The notes under the pieces are model-generated. The model ran no database searches, was not told where the DNA came from, and worked only from the letters and a program-made list of their open reading frames with translations. From positions 1,178,001 through 1,242,000 of the forward strand of contig JAYWIR010000023.1 of assembly GCA_036172245.1 (NCBI GenBank): DNA of 64,000 bases, written 5' to 3'. Numbering within the stretch: position 1 is the first letter of the stretch; the number at the start of each line of letters is the position of its first letter. The DNA is from Raillietiella orientalis. Its lineage: Eukaryota. Position numbers and translations under genes: made by a program. Positions 1 to 12,351 of this stretch are shown piece after piece.

Positions 1-187
1 ACATATCTTGAAAAATTCATAAGAGATCTGATGGAAACTTTGAAGTTGGGAATTTTGTAAATTAATTTGCAAAATCTTCGAAACAAAAAAATTGCTTATC
101 GACTTATAACAATGTATGCTTATATGAATACAGTCTATGCTGACAACTTAGTTTTCCAAACTACTTTCCATTCGTTTACTAATTCAC

Positions 188-313
188 CTGTAGCACCAAG
201 GGCTTCAAAGTTGCTTCTACACTTCGTGTTCGAATTTCTAAATTTGAAGGATCCCACTTGAAGAAAATTCGGTTTTCTTTTCCAGGAGGGTTTGAAATTT
301 TATTTGTATTCAT
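188..313 (-). CDS. CTNNA: Alpha-catenin, first coding exon (gene continues off the left edge of the window)
   Basis: Too short for the ORF track. The minus strand from ATG at 313 reads MNTNKISNPPGKENRIFFKWDPSNLEIRTRSVEATLKPLVLQ, followed by a phase-0 donor CAG|GTGAAT at 187. FKWDPxxLEIRTxxVExxLxPLVxQ is the characteristic alpha-catenin N-terminus. The expected next exon (VTTLV...) is not in 1-187. Confidence 0.9.
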
Positions 314-1855
314 TGGAATATTTTAATTAAGACTACAATAGGCTAAGTCAATACAATATTACTCTGAAAGAAAGCATGCATATTAACAACAAATTATGTT
401 ACGAAAGTATTTACATTAAACATTGTTATATGACAAATTATGAAACACATGCTTGTAAGAAATGCATTGGATTACCTAAATACGTAATAATTTTCAACAC
501 AATATAAGTTCAGGGATCAATTTTTAATATTGACAAATAATTCGTAACTCTGCAAATTGTGTAACCAAATTTATTTTTTGGTTGTTGCAAGTCAACATGG
601 CTAATTATATCAACAAATAGTAACTTTAGACCTTTTAAAACAAGAGGAAGTTAATTGTCCATTACAAAACACGTTTCCTTAACTAAATTTACCTGTATTA
701 CAAAAATATATAGTTTTTCATATAGGTAGCTATAAACTTTTTGAATCCCATTGTGTACTGATCGCTGAAATTAGCTTGAAGCACAACGGAATTTAGTCAA
801 ACAATCTCAAAGATGAGCCCAGCCCAGAGATGAGTAACACAGATAATCCGACAGATGACATCACAAAACAAGGAATCAACCTCTACCGAATTATAAAAGA
901 TTCTTATGTGAAAGACTGTAACAGATTTCTTTACTAATGGAACAATAACTCGTCACGGATGAATTAAAAATTTTTTGCTCATATTAACTGGTCATTCATT
1001 ATCATGAAATTTAAATGAAAGAATTTGATAACGTGATTACTTGAAAGCAACGAGTGGACACATTTGAATTAAGTATGTTAATAATAGTTGCTATAAATTT
1101 GAATAATTTTGAACTGTTGTTTGCTGGACAATAAATTCTTTTAAATGATTCATATTAGAACATGCATACATATCTTGGAAATGCAAATGCTGTTTTTTCC
1201 ATGATTACAATTTTCAAGTTTTTGGTGTTGTCAATACTCAACCCATTTGAGAATTGTGGTTTCTGTTTGTATTCGAGACTTAAATTGAACAATTAACCAA
1301 AAATCAGTTCATATATAATTTAAGACTGAGACATTCTTAATCGGGTAAACCACCGATACCGATACATTGGATATTAGTTTCCAAGCATTTAGAAATAATG
1401 TCCCTTTTTATAAGTTGCAAAAAGTGCAGTTCGGAAACCTCTTATTATTGTATTAACTGGTAAAATTTTCATCTAATTTTCATTCTACTATCATGAATTA
1501 GAAAATAAATTTTGGAATGGGAAGAAAGAAAACTGGGAATAATGATACGAATCGTACAATCTGGATATGATAATTAACTTAATTATGAAATGCATCATCG
1601 TTATGAATAAATAAATAAATTGCTCATGATTGATTTCACAGCTTATATTAAACATTGCTGACGAGGCCATTTAATCTTAATTGTATCATTTTTTGATAAA
1701 ATAACTTTTAATGCACATAATTTAGCGTGTACACTTGTAAATCATTAACCACTGCATATTCCGCGTTTTTTTTAAATATCTCTGTTTAGTGGTCAAGGCA
1801 GTCGTTATATCCCCCTCTTCCTGTGCTTGCATTACGAAATAAAAAAGCGAATCAT

Positions 1856-2370
1856 TTGCCATGTAATATCCTTACTTCACAACTCAATCTTATTCAACAT
1901 TCTTACTAATTAAAACATTATTTCACATAAATTATTATTAATTAAATTCCATTCATATAATACCTTAAAAATTAACATTAATTTAGTGTTAAAACCCCAT
2001 AATAGCTACCTCTAAGCCCATAACTTACCACTATCACTTTACATTTACAAAAAAAACAAGCTTATCCCTGCTCTTTTACTCATTAATAATTAGAAATATT
2101 AATTTGTCAGCATATCACCTCCAAATAAACTTCAACTATACTTTATCACACATAGCAATTACTTTATTTAACTCATCAACATCCGAACATTAAATATAAA
2201 TTTTTAATTAATTTCACTCTGATACAAAAGATAACTAACCTTAGTACTTTTCTATTATTTACTTAAATCCTTTTCGGTACTTTTCACTATCACTATAAAA
2301 TAAAATTTTCCACTAATAATTTCACACTTAAATCCAACAAAAATTTAATATCAGATCATATCATCTTTTC
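1856..2370 (-). pseudogene. rrnL: NUMT: fragment of mitochondrial large-subunit (16S) rRNA, 5' half
   Basis: Very G-poor, C/A/T-rich segment with mtDNA-like strand skew. The minus strand carries LSU rRNA motifs in the expected order: GATAGTGAAAAGTACCGAAAAGGA (~2293-2268), ATCTTTTGTATCAG (~2232-2219), GGTGATATGCTG (~2119-2108), AGGGATAAGCTT (~2069-2058). Boundaries are approximate. Confidence 0.75.
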
Positions 2371-4203
2371 TTTTTGATTTCCAAGATTACATTTGTTCCA
2401 TGTTTAGTTTTATGTGAAATATGTTTGATTGGTTTGATAATTGTATAATAAAAGTGAACTCGAATGTAATCATGAATCTCTCCAAAGTTGATCAATTTAT
2501 TCCATAAAATTTACTAAACTTTAGAATATATGGATATTATGAATATAACTGTACACTGACTAGTAAACTAATTTGTAAGAAGTAGTGTAACAAAACAATG
2601 ATTGTGTATATTTGTAAAAATGTGGATCTTCTTCAGCCTTTAGTCTCAGTACTTCTTACATTCCAATACTTCTTTTGTAGTCCAGAATTTTCACAAGCAC
2701 AATTTCCATTTGTCGAAATCACGTACTCCTTGAATGTTTGCAAACGTGATGACTAGAACTGTGTATTACGTCTAAGATTGTTCAACCTTTTTTCATGGTT
2801 CACTTTTTCTGGTACTTAGTTCAACATAACAAAAAATCCTAATGCATTAAATGTATCATAACTTTATCAGGATATACATGCTTTTATGTATTCTTACAAT
2901 TCTTAAAGTTCTCATAAATTTATAGAAATCATTATAGCTCGCAGAGCATTACTCATATGGCACCAAACTGGAAAAATTCTGCAATCTGGAAAAACCTGAA
3001 GAATCCAGATAACTGATAAAATGAGTTTTCGGAATGCAATTATATGCTTATGATATACATTTACACAAGCGGGAAGAAAATTATCCGATTTGTCTAGTTT
3101 TTTTGTTGGATAGAAGCAACTTGTTTAATTCTTGAAACTAGAATGAATAACTGGATTCCTTGATTGTTTGGAAAATCTACAATTTTGTAGCAGTTCAGCG
3201 GGTATGAAACTGTATCTGGTTTGAAATGAGTATAGCAAGTGATTTTTGTAAGAGGAGCTTGGATACATCAGAGCATGTTCGTGAATGAACATAAGCTGGC
3301 ATCTGATTTTTCTTTCGCAATTTTCGAAAGAGCACATAGCACAATGTAGTATTTCTTTAGCAGTCGGACTGCTCGTTGAAGATGATCAGCAAGGAGATGT
3401 GTTATGAAATGCTGTCAAGGCACACAGAGCGAGACACAGTCTTTGATGAAAAACTAACCTATCGTTCAGGCCCGCAAGCTTATCAGACCTGTCCCTTCCT
3501 TGGTGTAAAAGAGCACAATTGGAAATTGGAAACTGTCAGCCTACTTGTCTTATTACTCAGAGCTTTTGGAAAACCTAATTACGTCAGCAATTACTTCGGT
3601 CCAGCCGGTCGGCGGATGCGTGTGTCGGCGTGCACGATGCTGATGCTAAGCGAGCCGTAGATTCGTGGAGACACGAAAACACGGCCGACAAGATAATCTG
3701 GGTACTAGCTGGAGTCTTCTGATCCAATTTCTTTGGGTGTGTACTTAGGAGTATTACCACTATAAATCCATCCTTCTCAGGAATACACAAAAATCAGGCA
3801 TGTAAGGAATTTTTTTTCCAGTCTCAGTGTGTCTCAGTGTTTTTTTTTTCTTCTTCTCTCTCCCAAAATGCTGAAAATAATTTTTTTTTTTTACATACCT
3901 TGTTTTGAATGTTCAGTTCGATGCGCTCCTGTAAAACAATTTGTTACGTTTTCTTATTAAGAGCACAGTAATGGATAACAGATTAATTGGTGGAATCGTT
4001 TGGCAACTTAGATACGATTAGAATTTATTGGATTTGATAGTTTTCCAGTTTCCATTCCTCATGTACCAAAAAATGCAAAACTGGGATCCTGTGATCCGCA
4101 ACAGAGCATTACTAAATGATCTTACTTGTATTACAGTACCATGTTGATAGTATTAACAGCGTTTTTCTAAATAAACAGATTATTGCAAACTCTTTACATT
4201 AAG

Positions 4204-4253
4204 TTGCATGTTTGTGTACCTTGCATGTTTGTACTCTTGCATGTTTGTGTACC
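4204..4253. repeat. Short tandem repeat, 3 copies of ~17 bp TTGCATGTTTGTGTACC
   Basis: ttgcatgtttgtgtacc ttgcatgtttgtactc ttgcatgtttgtgtacc, read directly. Confidence 0.85.
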
Positions 4254-4886
4254 CTTGATTGAAGCAAATTAATTTCTGCTGATTTTAGTTTGGTGAATTT
4301 TTGTCCAGAAGTTGAAGTTTTAATTTATGTATGTACGTTTCACTGCTGTAATCAAAAATCTGAAGACGGCATATCTGATAACTATGCACTGAGCATTTTA
4401 ACATAAGTCGAAGAAACACGTGAGTCGTAATGCCACATTTATTTTGAATTTGTGAGTCATATTTGAGTCTTACAGATAACCAAAACTTAAGTATTTTTTG
4501 ATAAGAGTTATCTTTACATGCTTACATCAAGTAACCTAAAGTTATCACTGAGCAATCCATTTTTAGTGAAACTCGAGTTCTCAGTTTTCTGCAACAGAAT
4601 TAGTAAAATGATCCACAAACGTAATGATACAAAAACTTTTGCATCAATTTCTTTAAGCAGCAAAACGCAATAATAAATTTCGAGTGCATTACATTTAAAT
4701 AGATAAAATGTGCAGTGAGTGTACTTCATGATTGTCATGTTCCTGAAACAGGCAAATTATTGTGAATTGAAAAGATTAATAATTCAATTTATTTTAAGGC
4801 ATTCTGCTTTCAAATTTTCAAGTAATTTAATATTTTGCATTGCAAATCTCATTTTGTACATGATTTTGTATTTGATACACGAGAAA

Positions 4887-5333
4887 ATGATGAATGATGA
4901 TGATGACATATTGCAAAAAGCTGGCTTATATATTGATGAAGTGGGCAAACTGCATCTACTGGAGCTAGATGCCAGTCACTATGCTGAAAGATTGCAGGAT
5001 TCATTTCAAGAATTCATCAGAAGTGGGTTGCTTCTCATATCTAATAATTGCTGAAAAAGGACTTTAGCAAGTGAAGGTTTCCAAGACAAAATAGAGCAAT
5101 TTCTTGTCTCTATAAACAAATTTGCCAAACTGATTGAAAAGGAAAAGGCAGCACTGATTGCAACTAGACATCAAATAGAGATGCTAGATCAGCATCAGTC
5201 GATTGAAGAACAACAACTGTATGCACTTCTTAGTGAAAGAAAAACGGAAGTAGAACGACTACATATTCAACATCAGTCTCTACTAATGTGCATCTCTGAA
5301 CAGGAAGAACTCATCCAAAAACTCAAAACATAG
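4887..5333 (+). CDS. IFT20: Intraflagellar transport protein 20
   Basis: Exons 4887-5022 and 5068-5333 with a 45-nt GT-AG intron give 133 aa: MMNDDDDILQKAGLYIDEVGKLHLLE...FQEFIRTSEGFQDKIEQF...AKLIEKEKAALIATR...EQQLYALLSERKTEVERLHIQHQSLLMCISEQEELIQKLKT*. The AGLYxDExxKL start and the coiled-coil C-terminus match IFT20. Confidence 0.9.
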
Positions 5334-5384
5334 TTATCTGATCATTATACTTAAAATGAATCACTATATTTTCTCAAAGCACTG

Positions 5385-5847
5385 TTACTCTAATAACATG
5401 CTAATCAGCTCTGGCTCACAGCACTGATTCTCTTCCAGCTTCTTAGTAGTACCCCATCTCTGAAGAGTTGGTACTACTTTCAATTTTGTATCTGTACTCG
5501 TTCTAAAAGCACTTTGTGGATTCTTCCAACTTTGCTTAATAAAGAACATTGCCTCATAATGTCTGTTATTTACCTGCTGCGATCCCCAATACCCACTTCC
5601 ACATACAGTACATCTTTCTGTGATTCCTGGAGTGCCTTCTCTATGCAGGGAGCAGCTACCACGCCATAATGTACAGGTTGTTAGTGAGAAAGACATTACC
5701 AGATACACAATCAGCACACCAACTTTTGCCAGTTTCATCATGAGATCCAGTAAAAAGAACCAACACTGCCTTATTGCTATTTCTCAACTTAGGGAGCACT
5801 TGCTGGAAGCTATCAAAGCCTTCCACGTGCACACGTTCTACTACCAT
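5385..5847 (-). CDS. TXNDC17: Thioredoxin domain-containing protein 17 (TRP14)
   Basis: Exons 5847-5700, 5655-5574 and 5529-5385 with two phase-consistent 44-nt introns give 124 aa. Motifs FTGSxDExGKSWCADC (CxxC active site), VGIGDRSSWKNP, VPTLxRWGTxKKLEENQC and LISMLLE*. Confidence 0.93.
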
Positions 5848-5983
5848 AGCTGGAAAATATAAATAAAGGCATGGACAAGAATAAGATAAAATCCTAAGGA
5901 TAGGGCAATGTCAGACCCCACTGCAAAAGTGCAGCCCCTGCTTTGCATTGAATGCCCGTTGGAATACTACTAGTAATAGATTA

Positions 5984-7717
5984 TCACAATGGTTTTTCAT
6001 TTTCTAATTTGGTCCTCAGCCTTAATTTATCTTCAGATTCATTTAAATCTGTAGAGGAACAAGGCACTTGCATAGTACTATGGTGATGACTCTCAAAAAG
6101 AAGCACATTAAGAGTCTCTTCATAGATGCGTGCATCTGGAAATTCAACTTTTGTGTGCTTTTTATCTGTGGTATATGTGATGGATGTGCAACACACTTCT
6201 GCCCGACGACGACCTTCCCCATAAAAATGCCAAACACAGATCTCTGTATCTGTGCAAGCATCCAACACTCCTTTGATGAAGAGAATACGCTTGCTAAAGC
6301 GTAAACACAGTTTTTCAAACAATTCTAGATTCTTGAGCAAGTTGTCATCTGAATTGCTGGTGTAAGAATATTTGTTGTTGTGCCGATTCATAAGCAACAC
6401 AACAATAGGCTGTTAAAACAGCAGTTATGTGTATTCAAAAATTGATCCTTACCTTGGTGTTGGAAATTAACCGTAATTTGTGTTCCCTTTGTGATGTAAT
6501 TAAAGGGACACGACAGACTTCATCCAAACAAACATCTTTTTTTTTAAGAGCATTTTCACAAGCATCTATTAATTCCGTTACACAGTAATACTTGGCTTCG
6601 GCCAAAAGTTCAGCAACTTCTTGCAAATTTTCAGAAAGACAAACAGTACCATCACGAAGAAAATTCAGAATGGTTCCAAAGTGTTTTCCAGAGCGATCTA
6701 TCAAAATCCATCCTACAAGACAACTAATCACTTAAAATCATGCAATTCAAAACTTTATTAAAAGTGTTTAACATGAGCAACCTACCATTTCAAACAACAA
6801 AGTTTTTAATCTTAAACGAGTGTGTACACAAATAGAATACACAACTGCATTGCATATGCAACACATCTCAAATATCTGTTAAAGACAACAGTGAACACTA
6901 ACAGTGCTACAAATTTTACAAGCTGTAGAAGCAATAAGTACAGTTCCATTAACAAATACCTAAGATTTTCACATTATGTTAAATCATTATTGATTCAATT
7001 TTGTCGATTCTTACTGATTAAAGCATTAAACCTATCTCATCTATTAGGAACTGTATTAACATGATACAATAATCATTGAAAAGTGACAACTGACTTTAGC
7101 AAAAGGTCACTAGACAATCAAGACAACTACATGAAAACAACGGAAAAGTAATCCAGGAAGTTTCTGAGTTCTGCTTTAAAAACTTGCAAAAGCAAAAACA
7201 TGTAGGGCTGCAATTTGATTTGCACTATTATTATGCAAAGGAATTATTCAAACACAAAGGTTCCAACAAATTGAAAAAAAAACGAATTATAACTGATTGT
7301 ATAATAATCTTGTTAATACGAACATTTTCACCTATTGTTGCAACTAAAGGGGAACAAAGCATTCGAGTCTTATCACATCACCATATTAAAGCTATCTGGA
7401 AAATACGCATCGGAAGCGGGCATTAGATTCAAGGAAGACCTTAAGGCAGAAAACCGTCAATAGCATGATCACTCCATCCAAACTAGGATGCAACTTGGAT
7501 ATCTAAATTGGATGGTCAAAATAATAAGCAAATAAGTAGGCATTGCTTTACCTTCAGAATCTGTTAAAACTTCTAAACGCCCACTGAACATAGCTCTCAG
7601 CATGTTGTCATGTTTCGTCAAAGTTCCAATTGTGGTATAATACAATGCACCACCCACATTTAACTTCACATACTGACTAGGGTTTCTTTGCAATATGTCT
7701 CTCTCATTTCCTGACAT
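5984..7717 (-). CDS. KCTD10: BTB/POZ CUL3 adaptor of the BACURD family (KCTD10/KCTD13/TNFAIP1)
   Basis: Exons 7717-7552, 6712-6453 and 6409-5984 give 283 aa. Motifs [73 protein letters not shown] and [37 protein letters not shown]. Confidence 0.95.
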
Positions 7718-7779
7718 AATCTATTCCAAATTGAAAAAATGGAACTTTTTTTTTTTTTCCAAATTATGGAATCATTCTT

Positions 7780-8420
7780 GTTATGTAACAACGTGGAACA
7801 CTTTCAGACGTGTGAAGGGCAAAATTCACGCTTTTGTGTGCCTTCATAAACCCACAAAAAATCATACGCACACAAAAATTCACCCGTCCTCATAATTATC
7901 ATGTACTCTTCTTAATCCAAAGCACTGCACGTTACGTTAATTATAAACATTAAATCATTAAGCTAGGAAGCGACTGTTGTTAATTACGTGAGCGGACGCA
8001 TAATCAGCTGAGGTTACCATCCAACAACGGCTCCCCCGTAGCTATAAATCCTACATAAAGACAAAATAAACCGAAAGCATTATAAATAGTGTTCAGTATT
8101 CTTTAAAATCAAAACAGTATTTGAGCATTAATACACGCAACAATTTGAACGCACACGGATATACTTTCAGCAAGTATCTCAATTAGCTTGCATTTTGCAG
8201 ACTAGGATATCGAAGCTGCATTTTAAGCGTAAAGCATTAAAAAACCAAAATGATTATGTACACTATTCGTGCCACTCTTGTACAGCATGCTCGCGCACTA
8301 TGCCTGTATCTATGGAGGCATTTGATCAAGAACGTAAAATTAAGTGCATCACAATGCAACTCGATACCCTGTTTTTCCACGTATAACGTATACCAAACAT
8401 TAAGATTGGTACACGGGTAA
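7780..8420. promoter_or_regulatory. CpG-enriched putative promoter / 5' non-coding region of KCTD10
   Basis: CpG is visibly more frequent here than in the CpG-poor gene bodies at 4.9-7.2 kb. A minus-strand donor-like site (GATG|GTAACC, ~8037) and an AG just before the KCTD10 ATG suggest a non-coding first exon. Inference only. Confidence 0.35.
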
Positions 8421-11127
8421 GTAAACAGAGAATTGTATCGCCAAGGATGGATGCAAGCATTTAGTTTTCCAAGCTACAGGAGAAAAAAGCATCGGATCGA
8501 TCAAAGAATGATCCAGGTACAATAATTTTCGCCAATGATTTTAAAAATATGATCCCTAATTTTTAAACAAATTGGGCAGACAAAAAACACTATCTATATG
8601 TTGGAGAATTTGAAATTGAACTTCTATATTTGAATGAGGCTATTATTTCATAAAGGCTCATGTGAAAATTGAATAAAAAGAGTTTTCTGGATTGTTTGAT
8701 TTGGCATTTGTAATAAATCTGTAAAACAAGAATTTTTCAGACTAGTGATTGATCTAAAATATAATGAAATCAAAGCGGACGCACATACAAAAAAAAAAAA
8801 AATGAATTACTCATAATAAAATTAAAAAGATCAATGAAGTGTCACTTAACTTTGGAAAAGCTATATACGAAACAAATGTACTCTAAACCAATATACACAT
8901 CACAGTTGTCCATCAACGGCAGACTTGATTTTAGTACATTTCCAGAATTATGCTTATCATATTTCACGCTGCAAGTTATCTATGATCACATGCTGAAGGA
9001 CAAAGTGCATATGGATCAGCAGCTTCCTAATAGATGAACTTTATCATTGTAAATTCACTAATTTTTTCAGGGAATTAGATGATATTTAAAATGGTTCCAC
9101 ATAATGAAAGATGAAACCTTTCTGTAAAATGTACTGAATGTTGGAATTCACTAGATATATCTACAACCAAAATAATGTAGTTTGAGACGGTGATTTACAA
9201 GAGAACGAGAATTTAATACAATTAATTCACATTAATATAACAAATTTATCTGCTTTTGTAAGCTGAATAATATAAACAACCTCCGGTTCTGATTTTAAGA
9301 TATTGAAACTAATTGAAGTTTTGGGTGTGAATGCCTTATCATTTCTAAGATAAACTGGGTCCTATTCTTAAGTACAAGTACAAACACAAAAAGATGACTG
9401 ACAGCTTGAAGTAAACCGATGGATGGTTTTTCAAAAGGAAAAGAAATTCATGCACAAATATGGTTCGTCATTTATGTTTCAAAATATGGTGAAGGCATAA
9501 CATATACATTAAAAGGCTATTTTATTCAGAAGGGAAATGAAAAAAACAAACAAACAGATGCAGACATATTTGTGAAAACACACAAGTTTCTCAATCCAAA
9601 ATTGCCAGCAGAACTGATAATAAAGAGAATTTCAGACACATCCTCCCATCGTTTGTGATTATACTTGAAGGCAATTATTGTATTTCTATGATTTTGTGGC
9701 TGCTTCACTATGCGATCACATGTTTTTAAGATAAAGGCATACATAAGTTTTTCTGTTCCATAATCACTGTATTTCAAAGAGGTAATGTGTTGATTTCCAG
9801 TTTAAGCTCTGCTCAAGCATCACACCAAAATTGCAGTTTCCGATCTTTTAAGAGCGTTCGTGGCTGCGGAAATTCATTCTCCTTTATTTAGATTTAATTT
9901 GATAGTCAGAAGGATCTCCAAAAGTATTTCTGCAATCCACCAAAAAGCATTTTATGAGAGACTTCTTAAGTTGATTAACGAAACGAAAAACCATACTGGC
10001 ATGTAAAAAACACGAAGTAAAATTGCAAAAAGCAAAATGAATAATCCTTGTGCTACAAGGTACGCTACCAAAAAAAGGTTCGGTACAAAATTTCGTTCAT
10101 ATTAAAGATTCAGTTTCTGAGTGCGACTTCATTTGCTAATCTCCGAATTTTGTAGTCCATGCCCTTCTAGATAGGAAGTGTCCATTCATGCATGTATTAT
10201 CTTTGTATCATTCCTGTGAGCAAGAAATTTTTCTCCACGATCCCAAGCAGCTGTCCATGTCGAAAAAGATTTTCGAAAGTTTGCATCGAAATTTGCTTTT
10301 CTAACAAGAAGCTGGTTGACAGCGCTTTGCATGCATTAAAAAGGATGCAAGGAAAACGAAACTGAGATTACAGAAAACACACACACATAACCTGTGCGAA
10401 TCAGAGTATGGCAAACCTTTAATTTTAGGAGACCTGAAAGGAGCAATGGCGCGCTGGTGTAGGATTACAAAAATAAGGAATGCATTTGAAGACGTTTCGG
10501 ATATCTCACAAAAGCTTGTAGATAAAAGGAATGTGTGAAATCATCATCTTGAAGAGTAGGAAAAAAATCTGTAGTTCACACTGTCAATTTCGACATTTAC
10601 TCATAAATAGAAACTTGACAGCAACCAACCCATCCGTAAAACCTCTTGGCTCAGATAAAACCGATAATCACGAATCTTTTTACGTACACGTTGTGATTCT
10701 AATTTCTTATCAAAAGAAATGTAGATCGCAAAGTCTAGAAAACAAGAAACAGTTGTGTTATGAGCAAATGAAAAACATCATTGCTTAACTCTATTTTACT
10801 CATGATTACTCCCTGATGTACTACCTTATTATCCAGATTTGTTGGTCTTTAATATCAAAGCACAATACAGCATTCTACAGTGAAGACAATGGATGTTTCA
10901 AGGAATACCGATTTTTAGATGTCTGAAAGGTCTTGTGCAGACCGCACATTTAAAGCGCTGTTTTCAACAAACAGCCATTAAAGCCAATTCTTTTTGAAAT
11001 GCAACTTTGCTGACTAGGAGTCTTCAGCATGGTTCTCTTAATATGTCAGTTTTGTTTTGCAACAGCATCGACTCCATCATGATTATTACAGGTGGTGTGT
11101 CTTTCACAGCGAAATACCTTTGATTGG

Positions 11128-12351
11128 CTACAGATGTAAGTTGCAAGAACTCCTCAGTCTGAAAGAAAGAAATTCTTAGTCCACAATCTACGGTCAAGCA
11201 CCCAAATTATAGAAAAATCTACTCACTTTTCATTAGAAGTATTTATTGTATCGCAACTGTATTGTACATTTGTAACGCTACAGGATTCCGGATGAATCAC
11301 CAAATTCGGCGTCTCCAAAGCCAGGCAGTCGTGAGAGTCCTCTAGAAAACAAACTCTTAAGTTCATCTACTAAAAGCTGGATTCAAAACATTCACCAAAA
11401 TTAAAAATGGCAAGCATCTCGATATGCAGCTTGTTTACTGCATTTTCCTGCCTTTTCTATCATGTTTGGAGAAGAATTCTCTGTTTCCTTTCGTTTTTTG
11501 TCCTAACACTCGAGGAAGGTCATTTTTGGAAAATTCTCAGACGCTAGCAGGTATACAAGATCTCATACCTGCAGCAGAGATTTAGCATTATCGTAGTTTT
11601 GATGTTTTCCCTTGACCCTGGATTGATTCGATTTGTATTGTGTTGGTACATCCAGCGTCGCGGGATCCAAGAAACGCGTAGAGAGGAGCATACGCTAATG
11701 AAATAAAGCAGTTGACTACTTTACCCCATATCAAGTTTATTAAATGAGTGCTCTGAGTCTAAGATGTCACATATTCTTTGGGGTAGTTAACAACAGCAGC
11801 AGCAGAACATTCCACTGGCTCAGTATTTGCTCGATAATGCTCAGCATGCTTTCTGATCTCAAGATTGTCCAAGAAGAAAGGAACAGCATTTGCTCGCAGC
11901 CGTCAGGTGTTCGAACTCGATCTCTCCGTTCCTGCTTTGAGCAAGGGCAGCACCGTAGGTCATGGGGTTTACCAAGCCACCATTTTTGCCAGTTGAAAAC
12001 CCCATCGCCCCCGACGGCTTACGCTGATATCGAAGATGTTCAGCAGAGTTCTCGGTGGGGAGTCGTCTCCTCCCACGGACTCTGAGCTCCAACTGCGGAC
12101 GCATGATCTTTTCTTCGCCTTTCGCAATTAGGTGCAAAGCTCTCCTCGGTTTCGCATCTCATCGGCTCTTCCAGAGGAAGCTGCGGCGCCTTCGGGAACT
12201 TAAACGTCGATTTGCCCACAGAATTCTTGCTTCTTGTATAAACAGAGAATCCGATTGAGAAGTCTTCCAAACCACAATTAGGGCAGCTGTAGTACGCACA
12301 GTTTCCCGTAACTGGCGAAAGTGGTTCTCTCTGCAAAACTGGCATAATCAT
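11128..12351 (-). pseudogene. 3' end of an unidentified multi-exon gene; upstream part appears disrupted
   Basis: Four phase-consistent GT-AG exons (11694-11569, 11502-11439, 11341-11227, 11158-11128) splice to RMLLSTRFLDPATLDVP...LLQDKKRKETENSSP...KDSHDCLALETPNLVIHPESC...KLRSSCNLHL*. Upstream exon-like sequence (acceptor TTTTGCAG near 12332) contains stops and frame changes. No domain recognised. Confidence 0.35.

Noticed and set aside
2371..2420. Mitochondrial tRNA next to the rRNA NUMT (TTTGATTTCCAAG resembles a Gly anticodon arm)
   Set aside because: I could not build a paired anticodon stem or cloverleaf on either strand.
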